Source: Cyanophora paradoxa CCMP329
Taxonomy: Eukaryota > Plantae > Glaucophyta
Direction of reading: 5' to 3'
DNA: 64,000 bases
Assembly: GCA_004431415.1 (NCBI GenBank)
Contig: QPMI01000408.1
Location: 310,001 to 374,000, forward strand
Part shown: in pieces, positions 13,564 to 25,500 of the stretch
Numbering within the stretch: position 1 is the stretch's first letter
How the letters are laid out: each line of letters begins with the position of its first letter
Notes under the pieces: model-generated
Databases searched by the model: none
Told to the model about the DNA's origin: nothing
The model's input: only the letters and a program-made list of their open reading frames with translations
Program-made: the position numbers and the translations under genes

Positions 13564-15685
13564 CCCACCCACCGTCCCCGAACTACACCTCGCGATCGAG
13601 TCGCCTGGCCCTGCCCAGGCTCCGGAAAAAAAAATGCTCGATATTCCCGACCCTTTCCAATTGCAAGTTTCCAGCCGGACCCCATATGCATAGCCACGGC
13701 GCCAGGGCTCGAGGTCCTCCAGCGGCCCCTAAAGGCAGCTCCAAAGCGAGAGCCAGGACGGCATGCGCAGCTCATGATTACAAATCAGCGCGCGCAGCGC
13801 GGCCTCCCGGCGCGCGCGCACACCGCGGCACCATGGCCCAGTGGGCTGACCAGCTGCAGGCGCCGGCGCCGGCTGCGCGATGCCGCGGCTCGAGCTCCAG
13901 CGCTAGCCCGCGGACCCTTACGTATACGCCCGACCCGGAGTGACGATCGTTCACCTCGCGATCACCTCCCGAGTCCGTCGTTCACCTTGAGGCGCCCGAC
14001 CCCGTCCATCATGGCATGGCCAGGACCGGCTCCTCCCTTTACAGACCGGCCCTGGCGGCGGCAGGAGGCTCCCTAGCAGCTCCTGAAGGCAGCCCTAAAG
14101 CGCGAACCTAGGCCTGGCAGCTTCATATGCAAAGCGCCCGCGGCGCGACCGCCCGGCCCGGGGGCGCGCGCGCACGCCAGCGCTAGCCATGCGTCACATA
14201 CGCATGTATACGTACATGTACATGTACATGTACAGGCCGCAGCTGCGCGACGCCGCGGATCCAGCCCGCGGACCTTCGCGCCACGAACGACGATTGCCTC
14301 CGAGCTTTGAGCCTCCGAGCGCAACTACGCCTGACCAGGACGCGGATTCCGAGCCGCAGATCTAGACACGAACGCGCAGCGCTCAGCCCATGGCCATGGC
14401 CAGCGCCCGAATCCACGCACCGGGCGCACTGCGGCAGCCCGCGCGCGCATACCGACTTCAAGCAAGCTCTCGCGGCCAGCGCCGCCACGAAAGCCGGCGC
14501 GGCGCCGCGGCGAGCCGCAAGCACTCGTACCGAACGAGCACCGCGGCGGTTCTTCGCACCGAGCACATACACAGCGGCGCGGTTGCGACGAGGCGATTCG
14601 GATCCAGGTCCGCGACGATTGCGCCGAACAGCGCCGGCGCCGAAGAGGACTCGTTTGATCCTCGACGACCCTCAAGCCTAACGAGCCTCAAGCCGCGACA
14701 ACTAGCGGTACCCCGCGCACCGCAAATCGCCCGCGGCAACCGGCACGCCCGGACGTATTGAAGCACTTTGCCCGGCTCTAATACCCTACGCGCACGCTTC
14801 GCCGTATGAAGCAAAGGCCGCGCGGCGCTCTAATGTACTCGTCTTTCCGCGACGATCACAGCAAGCTCCAAGCCGCAAGCCGCCACTTCTTCCCCCCCGG
14901 CTTAGGTTTGAGCCTCAAGCCGCAACTCCTTCCCCACCAACTTGGGCTCAAGCCGCCCAAGTCGCCTCCAAGCGCTAGCGCTAGCGCTAGCGCTCATATG
15001 TATGGTCAGCGCGCGGCCGCGGCTCAGCGCCTAGCGCGCGCCAGCGCCAGCGGCGGCCGCATGCGCAGCGCCGGCGCGAATGATAAATGCGCGTACTCTT
15101 AGTCGCGACGCGCGCACATCGCGTCGACGGCGCGCGCGGCCCCGCACGCGCGCAGCGGCGCCGGCCGCGCGCGGCACCTTCCGAAGTTCGAAATTCAACT
15201 CGCCACTGGGCCACTATAGCTACAACTACGTATACGTATACTACTATGATACGCGTACGCGTATACGTATACGTATACCACGGTCTCGAGCCTCATATGC
15301 ATGATAAAGCTCAAGAGGTAATTATAATCATGATCATGAATCGAACGGTACCGGTGAGCTCGTTCGTATACGTATATGTACGTATGCGTATACGCACGCT
15401 CGCGTCGTATACGTATACGCGTACGTATACGCGTACACACACCTCCGCATTTTTTCCTAGGCCTGCTTCGGAATTCTCACTCTTCATGATCAGTATACGT
15501 ACGTACGCGTAGAATTCGAATCCTTATTAGCTCCTAGCCTCCGATTCACTCCGCCGACCCGGCTTGGGTTGTTGATTTCCTAAGGCCTGGGGCCCGGGCC
15601 AATGGCCCTCCTCACTCTGCGAGCCTCATATGGCTGTCATGCAGATGAGACTGTCCGCTTTAGCGGCCTTCCTTTTCCAACGCAA

Positions 15686-16018
15686 CTTAGGGCGCTGTAC
15701 CCCCCTCGAATCAGCGTACCCCTGCGGGCGCGATTCGTGTACCCGGGCAGCAATCGTGTACCCCCCCGGCACACGGGGAGCGAAGAGATATCCTCCCCAA
15801 CCACGCCCTCGAGGCAATACGTGGTCTTCCTTTTCCGGCTCCAGGCCCCCTCTGGGTCGGCCCTCCTTTGGAGCCGCGCTGCTGCTGAGCCGCGGCCCAA
15901 TGAGGCGCTACCCCTTTCTCTATTTATTAGCGCCTCCTTCCTTGATTGCAAGAAAGGCCGGCGGCTGCAAGGCGAGCCTTGGCCGACCGCGCGGAGCGCG
16001 GCCCGGAGATCCAAAGAA
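15686..16018 (+). repeat. Split direct repeat B2
   Basis: 333-bp copy of 13057-13389, identical by eye. Confidence 0.92.
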
Positions 16019-16260
16019 ATGCGCGGCATCCGATGATCCGCGGATCCGCGATCCGCATCTCAGCCGCTCATGATCAGCTGCTGACTCAGTGCTGAGTCAG
16101 TGCTGACTCATGACTCAGTGATCAGTGAATCAGTGCTGATATCGATGTCCCCCGCGGCATCCGATGATCCGCGGCATCCGATGGTCATGATCCGCACGGT
16201 ACCGCACCGTCGCGGGCGGCCTCGCGGGCTCCTCGATCCCCGCACGCAGCGCGAGGGCCA

Positions 16261-18290
16261 ATGATCAAAACCTTCTCTGATCAACTGGAACAACCAAAGC
16301 GGACTTCGGAAGCGCGGGAGAATCTAGCTATAGAGGGACGGGGGTGGCCATGGGGGTTCCCGCGGATGACGGCGCACCCCCGCCGAGCCGGCCCCTATAT
16401 AGCTAGGCCCAGGCCTCCCCCCCGCCGGGGCCGGGGGCGCGGGGCGGCGCATGGCCCGCATCAGATCTACGATAAACTCAGGCTCTGAGAAAAGCTCTGA
16501 TCAAATGGAACAAGCGGAGCGCCGAGGGCTCCGGAGGGCCGGGACGGGGATGGTGAATGCCGCAGACGATCGTGAGGGCGCGCGCCCCTAGGCCTCCCCC
16601 CCGCCGCCGGGGCCGGCGGCGCGGGCGGCGCGGAGGGCGTCGTCGAGGGCGCGTGTGGCGGGGTGGGCGGCCCCGAGGCGCCGCGCCCGGATCCCCCGCG
16701 CCCGCTCCAGCGCCCCACCGCCTCCCCTGCCCAACAAATGAAAGGCCGAGGGCGGGAGGGAGGGCGGGCGGGAGGGGCGCGCCCTGCGGGCGGGGAGGCG
16801 GGCGAGGGCCTGCCCCAGGTTGCTCAGCGCCGTCGCCACCTGCGGGGCCCGCTCGGCCCAGACGGGGCGGGGCGGGGCGGGGCCGGGCGGGGCGGGGCGC
16901 GCGTCGGGGCTCTCGGGCCCGAGGAGCGCCTCGGCCATCTCCAGCGAGCGCCTGCGCTCACGGGCCCCTCGAGCTCAGACCCCGAGCTCGAGAGGGAGGC
17001 TTGGTTGGGGCGGGGCGGGGCGGGGCGGGGGGGGCCGGGGCGGACCGGAGGCCGGCCTCGGCCGCATCGAAGTCGCCCCGCCGGAAGCTCAGCAGCGCCG
17101 CGTTGCTGCTCAGATTAGAGATCGGATCGGACCGGATTGGATCGGATCAGATCGGATCGGATTGGATCAGATCTGATCTGAGCGGGGGGCGGGCGCGCCT
17201 GAGGACGACGAAGCGGTCGAGGCTCCCGGAAGTTAGGGGGCCCGTGGGCGAGGCCCGATGCCCAAGGCTCGTGATCAGGGATACGGCTAGGATCGGATTC
17301 TCTAGGCCAGCGCTAGGCCTAGGTCCAGGCGAGGTCCAGCCCAGGTTGCTCAGCGCCGTCGCCACGTGCACCTGCGGAGCCCGCTCGGCTCGGGCGGGCG
17401 GGGGCGGGGGCGGGGGCGGGGCGCGCGTCGGGGCTCTCGGGCCCGAGGAGCGCCTCGGCCATCTTCAGCGAGCGCCTGCGCACCCCGCCGGGGCAGGGCG
17501 GACCGGAAGCCGGCCTCGGCCGCCTCGAAGTCGCCCCACCGCAAGCTCAGCAGCGCCGCGTTGCTGCCCCGGCCCCCGCCCGCACCGGATCAGATCGGAT
17601 CGGATCGGATCGGATCGGATCTGAGCGGGGGGCGGGCACGCCTGAGGACGACGGAGCTCGAGCGCCGGGTGCGGTCGAGGCTCCCGGAAGTTAGCCTAGT
17701 ATACGTAGGGGGCCCGTGCACGTGGGCGAGGCCCGATGCCCAAGGCTCGTGATCAGGGATACGCGTACGGCTAGGATCGGATTCTCTAGGCCAGCGCTAG
17801 GCCTAGGTCGACGTCCAGGCCCTAGGCGAGGTCCAGCTGGAAGGCCTAGGGGGGGGGGTACCGCGTAGAGGGCGGCGGCCTCGTCGCGGCGGCCCGCGGC
17901 CGTCTCCCCCGCCACCGCCGCCAGGTGGTCCAGCGCGTGCGCCTGCGCAGAAGGCTTAGAAGGGAGGCGAGAGGAGAAGAGAAGAGGAGGCGGGCGGGCC
18001 ACGTGCACGCGGGGGTGGGCGGGCCCGAGGGCGGCTTCGCGGCCGCGGGCGGCGAGGGCGGCGCGGAGGAGCGGCTCGGCCCGCGCGAAGTCCCCCCGCT
18101 GCCGCAGCATCATCGCCAGGCTCTGAGGGGGGCGGAGGCGCGTCGCTTCAGGAGAGGATGGGAGGAGGCCCCGGGGCGGGTAGCTGGACGAGGGTGTTGC
18201 GGCCCAACTTGCGGGGCCGCGGGCCGCGCTCGACGGAAAGGAAGGACCCGGCCGGGGCCCGGGGGCGCGCGGACCTGGAGGGCGGTGGGC
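16261..18290 (-). pseudogene. Partial duplicate of the 3' TPR exons of the 22548-31350 gene, with an internal tandem duplication
   Basis: Collinear near-identity with ~22260-23820 (e.g. APQVATALSNLGQ, LGAAHPATRALDDALRAA, DFARAEPLLRAALA). ~16817-17340 is repeated at ~17340-17830. No upstream domains are present. Confidence 0.8.
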
Positions 18291-18356
18291 GTCACGCCGG
18301 TCACCGTGGCACGGAAGCAAGAAAACAAAGGCACTGCGGCAAGACTCTGAGACTGA

Positions 18357-19042
18357 GGTTGTAAACCACAGCAGGCTCTAATCTCGCGACTTGTAGACGA
18401 ACTTCGGAACGATGAACGAACGAGGCCGCGTGGAACCTCCGCGATCGCTAATTTTCAACGGGTTTTCGAGTTCCATGCGGTGTACGTTAAAAAAGCCAAG
18501 TCTAGTGCTAATCTCTAGCGCCAGCTAGTCTGGGCTCTTTGGAGCGGGGCAGGGGTAGAGCAGCTCAGCATCGCGCTCCTGCTCTGGCGATATCAACCGA
18601 TATCGTATATCGATGGCGTCTGCGTCGCTCGGCCGCGGCGCTCGTGAGCGACGCTCCACGTGCTCGGCCGCGGCGCTCGTGCACGTGAGCGACGCCTCTA
18701 GCTCGGATGGCGGAACGCTGTCTAGGAAGCTGCCATCACCGACAGACTGCGCGGCGTCTCCGCCTGAGGCCTGCGCCATGGCCGTGCGCGACCGCTAGGT
18801 GCTAGCCAGCAAGGGTACGATAGCTGCTAGCTCGAAGGCGTACCTCTGCAACCGCTCGAGAGGTTCCAAGCGCTAAGTTCTGGCCTAATTCCATTTCCAC
18901 GCGTTTAGGCCTAAACGCGTGGAAATGGAATCGCCGGTTCGTTAGCCGGACGACGAAATTTCTGAAAAAAAACCTCGTTCGTCCGAGTCGTGCACTTAGG
19001 CTAATTTGCGACTACGGGAAATCGTCCATGTGGTTTACGCCC
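18357..19042. mobile_element. PIF/Harbinger-like MITE
   Basis: Imperfect 14-bp TIRs GGTTGTAAACCACA / TGTGGTTTACGCCC (12/14) flanked by a 3-bp TGA duplication. No transposase ORF. Confidence 0.55.
18888..18931. repeat. Perfect 44-bp palindrome without a loop
   Basis: ATTCCATTTCCACGCGTTTAGG|CCTAAACGCGTGGAAATGGAAT. Confidence 0.95.
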
Positions 19043-20234
19043 TGAGAGAACACGAAAAACAACAAGACAACTTGCAAATTAAAGAGCCAGAATTCTCCAT
19101 TCAGTACGTATATATATAAATATATCCCCCACTTAAAAAAATACTAAAGGAGGGCCACCATAGGGTACTAATACCGTACCGTAGTTACCGGGTACCGGGA
19201 GTACGGTGCTAATACCGTGCCGTAAGTACCGGGTACCAGGGCCCGCGGGCCGCGGCTACCGTACTACCGCCGGGCCGGGCGGCGCCGCGCCGCCGGCCCA
19301 CTGGCGCCGGGCCGGTACTGTAGTACTAGTTCAGTGTAGGAAAACAGCAGGCCATATATATAGGATGCCATGATGGCCCAGTCGGCCGGGGGGGACTCGG
19401 CCCCAGTGGCTTTTTTAGCTATATAGCCGTACTTTTAAGCCACCATTCGGCCATTTAATTTATATTAATTAACTACGAATTAACAACGCGGCCCGGCGGC
19501 AATTTAAGCCACCCGGCCCTACACTGCCTACAGTACCGGTAGTCCGAAGCGAGCTCCGGGCCGGGCCGGGCCCCCGGCCGGCTCGAGCCGGGCCGGGCCG
19601 GGCCGAGGGTCCGGCCGGCTCAAGCCGGGTCGCTGGCCACGCGGGCCGCGCGGGCTCGAGCAAGCCAGCTCGAGGGGTATGGCGCGGCTGGCTCGAGCCG
19701 GGTCGAATTTTGTTAGGGGCGAGCCGGCGAGCCGGCGCGCCGGCTAGCTATTTTATATAGTTTTTATTATATATATCGAATATTATATAAGGTAAGGACT
19801 GTGTACGCCCCTCCTCGGGCCGGCTCGAGCCGGCCCGTGGCTCGAGGGGTGCCGGCTCGAGCCGCCGATTTGCGCTCGAGCCCCATCTCTAGCTCCGGCC
19901 CCCGGGAATCAGGATTCGGGATTTGAAAGATCCCGAGTCCGAGCGTTACGCCGTTGTTTAAAACGTTACGCCGAGCCTCGGAGTGCGGCACGTACTACGT
20001 ATACGGTAGTAACGTATACAGTCGTCGCCGAGACGGTAGGCTCGGTACTAGTACCCGCGGCCGGTTAGAGAGCTTGGTACGGTACGGTCTTAAATTCCGA
20101 AGTTCCCGGCACTGCGGCAGTTCCGAAGTTCGAAGAGCGGCAGCAGCACTCCAGCCGCGAGTCCAGCGGCTCGGCTTAGATTCGCAGCGCCAGCGCCTGC
20201 AGCCGCCGAAGGTGCTGCTGCAGATTTCCCAGCG

Positions 20235-22131
20235 ATGCCGACGGCCTACGAGTACACCGGCTATAAACCAGGCAGCGACGGCAATTACAACGTCTTCAAC
20301 AACTGCGTGAATCCCGGTACGGTGCTTTCTGTCCTTGTCGACGTCAAGCGCGCAACTCAGCGCCATCACGCAGACGTTTGCATCGGAGGATGGGGCAGTT
20401 TCGTGGATCAGATGAATTACAGTGATCTGTCTAAGTACTACAATACCAAGCCATCGGGCGATTGCCACAACGTTACTAACATCGACACAGGTGCGTAATC
20501 GCTTACTAAGTTATATTTTAATTAGAAGATGCTTGCAGTTGTGCAGCTGATCATATGCATGACGCTCAAGCCTGCAATTGTGCCGCGCGATCGTACATGG
20601 CCGCGGCATCCGCTGACTGTATATTTAATTTCGGGGCACAGTTTTGGGCTTCCTGAACTCGAGCATTCCAGACTCTGGGTTGTATACTACTAATAATAAC
20701 AAGAATGACGATTCCGGCGGTGTTCTTTCTTCCTCCAAACCGTCTTTAACCCCGGTACTTAGAGTGTGGCACGATGCGCAGTGCCAAGGCACGAATGCTG
20801 GTGCGTATTCTATGCAAGCTGTTTGATTGAAGCTGTGCATGCGCAAGAAGTTGTCTAAGTTCCCGGGTCCAGCTTTCAACTACAAGAATCCTGCTAGCAA
20901 CAAACAAGCGCACAACGAAATGGTCCGTGCGAGTGAATCAAAGCTGTTCCTCTTGCATGCCGTTGTTTAAGCCGTACGCTGTACTCGTGCATGCCGTTCC
21001 GTCTTGTGACTCGTGCACGTGCAGCTGTACTGGTGGCAGTACGCCAGGGTGCGCGTGTCTGCAGCTGCATCCCTCGCTCCGGATCCGCCTGCATCAATCT
21101 GATTATTTTTGCAATTGGATGTGTCATGATGAAATTACATGTACAGGTTAACGGTGCGCCGGCGCCATTCTTACGCATTCAAAGACCTTTCTTACGCATT
21201 CACTCAACTATCTGGGACCGCAAGCAGACTCGTACGACTACTACAAAGTCGACAAAATTTCTGTGCGTAATCTTTCTCCGCACGACTACGTTTACATTAT
21301 AATTACTGATCATGGGCCTAATTTTCTTCGCGGATACAGTCTCTCTGCATTCGTAAGGGGTGGACTGTGCGCTTTCATGCGTTTTTTTTGCTTCTACAAG
21401 TGCGCGCTCACTTTGACGTCGACATCTGTAAACGACACAGGTCAATCTGCTGGGCGATAATCAAGCGTATATCGACTCCGTCATCGGCCCGAAATGCGTG
21501 CGCACACGCAGTTTCTGATAGCTTTGGCAGCAGTTCTTCGATTTTCTCAAGCCTCGAACAGGTCAGTTTCAACAAGATGCCCAACTCTGGAAACCTGAAC
21601 GATAAGTGCGTGCGAGTATTCGCGGAAGTCTAGATAATCTTTTCGGAGTGTAACCTTCGTGAACGCGCGCATGGGATAAATCCAATTCATGTGGCGGTCA
21701 CTAATACCTTCTCGATCTCTTCGAATTCACGATTAATCTGATGGTCTCCGAGGCTCTCTAATGGTATTCTCGCGCTTTCCGGCAGGATCAAGCAGTTCGA
21801 GATCTATCAGACCTCGACCGGCAGCTACTACCGAGCTCTCGACAGCGAGCCCCAGTTGCTCTCAGAGGATATCGAGGTCCGATCTGAAGAATACGTATAC
21901 GTACATAAGCTTTCAAAAATTTCACGTCGGCTTTAAGTAATTTTCACCGCGGATTCGAATTCGGAGTGTCGAATACTAATAATATTGTTTGCGGATCATC
22001 GCGCTCATTATCAGGCCCAGGCCGCCGAGCTGGAGATGGACGACGAAGTGGACGCGGACTGCTGCGCGGAGCTGCTCGAGGTGGCGGCGGGCGACGCGTT
22101 CGAGGCGGCCGCCGGCGCCGGCGAGGCGTGA
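20235..22131 (+). CDS. Micro-exon-rich Cys/Asn/Tyr-rich protein with an acidic C-terminal tail
   Basis: Starts MPTAYEYTGYKPGSDGNYNVFNNC. In-frame micro-exon chain 21025-21048, 21147-21153, 21228-21262, 21340-21366 gives LYWWQYAR-VN-DSYDYYKVDKIS-SLCIRKGWT. The last exon reads AQAAELEMDDEVDADCCAELLEVAAGDAFEAAAGAGEA*. Confidence 0.6.
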
Positions 22132-22547
22132 TCATGAGCGCACGCACGTGTTTACTTCCCGGGTCCGCAATTGTGCAATAGGAATATTAATCGAGCGGTG
22201 CTTGTACCGCATCATGATCAGATCTAGGACACTTCGCACCAGATTTAGGATGCAATGATGGATACTACTTGTGATCAAATGGAACAATCAATAAAATCGA
22301 TGCGAAGCGCTGAGGGACCCGGAGGGAATTGGGTGGCCACTGGGGTCCCGCAGACGAGGGTGCGCCCCCGGGCCCCCTACTAGGCTAGGCCTCCTCCCCG
22401 CAGGCGGCGCGTGGCCCACATCAGATCTACGATATATAAACTCAATATACTGTATACTACCATCTACGAGAAAAGCTCTGATCAAATGAAACAAGCGAAG
22501 CGCCGAGGACTCCGGAGGGACGGGGATGGGGGGGGAGGGCGCGCGCC

Positions 22548-25500
22548 CTAGGCCTCCCCCCGCCGCCGGGCCGGCGGCGCGGGCGGCGCGGAGGGCGTCG
22601 TCGAGGGCGCGTGTGGCGGGGTGGGCGGCCCCGAGGCGCCGCGCCCGGATCCCCCGCGCCCGCTCCAGCGCCCCCACCGCCTCCCCCTGCCCAACAAATG
22701 AAAGGCCGAGGGCGGGAGGGAGGGCGGGCGGGAGGGGCGCGCCCTGCGGGCGGGGAGGCGGGCGAGGGCCTGCCCCAGGTTGCTCAGCGCCGTCGCCACC
22801 TGCGGGGCCCGCTCGGCCCAGACGGGGCGGGCGGGCGGGGCGGGGCGGGGCGGGGCGCGCGTCGGGGCTCTCGGGCCCGAGGAGCGCCTCGGCCATCTCC
22901 AGCGAGCGCCTGCGCTCACGGGCCCCTCGAGCTCAGACCCCGAGCTCGAGAGGGAGGCTTGGTTGGGGCGGGGTGGGGCGGGGCGGGGCGGGCCGGGGCG
23001 GACCGGAGGCCGGCCTCGGCCGCTTCGAAGTCGCCCCGCCGCAAGCTCAGCAGCGCCGCGTTGCTGCCCCCCGCCCGGACCAAATCAGATCAGATCAGAT
23101 CAGATCAGATCGGATCAAATCAGATCCGATCTGATCTGATCTGAGCGGGGGGCGGGCGCGCCTGAGGACGACGGAGAGGTCGAGGCTCCCCTCCGGAAAC
23201 GCCGCCTCCAGGATGCCCAGCGCCCGCTGCGCCCGAAAATTAAAGTCAGGGCGCCCGAGGCTCGAGGCTCAGGGATACGGCTAGGATCGGATTCTCTGGG
23301 CCAGCGCTAGCTAGGCCTAGGCTCTCTCCGGTGAGGTCCGACTGGAAGGTGGGGGGGGGGGGGGGGGGGGGGGGTTACCGCGTAGAGGGCGGCCGCCTCG
23401 TCGCGGCGGCCCGTCTCGCCCGCCACCGCCGCCAGGTGGTCCAGCGCGTGCGCCTGCTTAAAAGCTTAAGGCTCAGAAGGGAGGCGAGAGGAGGAGAGAA
23501 GAGGAGGAGGCGGGCGGGCCACGTGGGGGTGGGCGGGCCCAAGGGCGGCCTCGCGGGCGGCGAGGGCGGCGCGGAGGAGCGGCTCGGCCCGCGCGAAGTC
23601 CCCCCGCTGCCGCAGCATCATCGCCAGGTTCTGCGCCCCGCACAGCGTCGTCAGCCGCAGCCCCGATAGAAGAGCTCGACGGTCTTGAGATAAGGGAGAA
23701 GGGCGGCGCGGGGCCGAGTGACGCGCTCGAGCTCTCAGTCAGCTGCAGTGCAGCCTGGACCGAAGCTACGAGCTCTGCCTGGGACCCCGGGGTAGACGTA
23801 GACGGACCTGGAGGGCGGTGGCGTGCTCGAGGTGGTCGGCGCCGAGGCCCGCCTCGCTCACCCGCACCGCCCGCTGCATACGGGGCGCCTTCAGCGCAGG
23901 CGCCGGCCTCGGGGGGCGATATCGATGGGCGCGCCTCGAGGAGCTCGAGGGCCTCGTCCGGGCGCCCCTGCGCGTCCCGCCTGCCCCGCCCCGCCCCGTC
24001 AGGCCGAGCCGGTCGGCCTGGTCTGGAGGGCGGGGGCGGACAGGACGGCGAGCTCCTGGAGGGCGGCGCCGTAGAGCGCGTGGCCCTCCCCCAGCGCCGC
24101 CCTCCGCAGCGCCAGCACACGCTGCGCGCGAACGAAGCTCAGGCGGGGGCGACGGGGTCCGGTTAGGAGCTGCAGCCCGACTCTAGATACAAGGCGGGGC
24201 GAGAGGCGGAAGGGCGAGGTCCGGGGCTGCAGCTGCAGGGACCGAGCTGCAGCTCCAGCCCGACTCTAGATACAAGGGCGGATCCAAGGCTGGGCCGGGG
24301 AGCGGGCCTGGACGGCGCGCTCGGCGGCGTCGTAGTCGCCCGTGGCGCGCTCGACGGCCGCCAGCGACGCCAGCGCCTCCGCCACATCCGCGTGCTGCCC
24401 GGAGGAGAGGCTGAGGGAGGCGGGGTGGAGGAGAGGGGCGGGGCGGGGCGGGGCGCCTGGGGGCCGACGGTGCGCTCCAGGACCTCCAGCGCCTGCGTCC
24501 GCTCTCAGTCGCTCTTGGGTCGGATCGGATTGGGATCGGGGGCGGGGCGGGCGGGCCTCGGTGAGGGCGGCGCGGGCGTCGGGGTAGCGGCTGACGGCGA
24601 GGTGCAGCTCCCCCGCGCTCCTCAGCACCCGAGCCGCCTGCGCGCCGGGGCGGAGCAGGGCGGGGCGGGTTAGCGTAGGGCGCCTCGGGGTCTCTCCGGG
24701 CCTGCAGCGCGCCTGGGCGTCGTTGCCGGGGACGCTGCGCGCGAGCTCCAGCGCTTTCTGCGGGAACGATGAGAGGGGCGGGGCGAGGGAGGGCCGGGGG
24801 AGGGGCGGGGCGGGGCAGCGGCTTGCCTCGTAGAGGGCCCGCGCGCGCCCGTACTCGCCCCGCTGCCCTCGAGTTTAGTCTTTTGTTAGCTTGAGGATCG
24901 GGCGCGGCGGGGCTCGAACCTGCATCTCGAGCTCCGCGAGGGCGTGGAGGGAGGCCGCCAGCGCCCCCGGCTCGCCCCCCGCCCGCAGCCCCGCGCTGCC
25001 CCGCCATCGGCTCAGGTGAGACGGGGGGTAGGGGTACGCGGCGCGCGCGCCTCCGGACGAGGAACGGGGCGGCGTCGGCCAGGCGCCCCATCGCCCGCAG
25101 CACGTTCCCCTGCGGCGGGTACGCGTTTCGAACGAGACGAACGTGAACGCGAATAAAAAAGAAGAAGGGGGGTACGGCGGCCTCGTGGCAGGCGGCGGCG
25201 CGGGGCTGGTCGGCCTCCTCCAGCGGCCCCAGCAGCGCCCGGTACGCCCCCGCCGCCTGGCGCCCCTCCTCGCATTAAGCCCGCAACAAGAGAAGGCGTA
25301 ATTCAGCAAAGCGGCGCGCCAGGGCGCTGCCCCCCGCCTCCTTCCAGTAGCGGACGAGCTCGTACTTCGCCTCGGGGCCGCTCAGGCGCTCCAGCAGGTC
25401 CAGGTCCCCCCTGCCCCGCATCAGATCAGATCTGATCCGAACCGATCTGATCTGAGCGCACCTGAGGAGCTCGAGGAGCTCGGCGGCGAGGCCGGCCCGC

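Larger units (their letters stand above)
7114..16018 (+). mobile_element. Non-autonomous/decayed tyrosine-recombinase (DIRS-order; Ngaro/PAT/TOC1-like) retroelement with split direct repeats
   Basis: Architecture A1(7114-7291)...B1A2(13057-13563)...B2(15686-16018). The element ends match the internal B|A junction (ccaaagaa|gagttg) with a 1-nt overlap. No TSD and no intact internal ORF. Confidence 0.7.

Noticed and set aside
12967-14076. 369-aa ORF across the B1A2 repeat
   Set aside because: Non-ATG start, Arg/Pro-rich GC-driven composition and no recognisable motif.
19150-20095. hAT-like MITE(s) with GCTCGAGCC and TACCG subterminal repeats
   Set aside because: One end resembles TAGAGATGG (~19882-19891), but I could not find a matching TIR or an 8-bp TSD.
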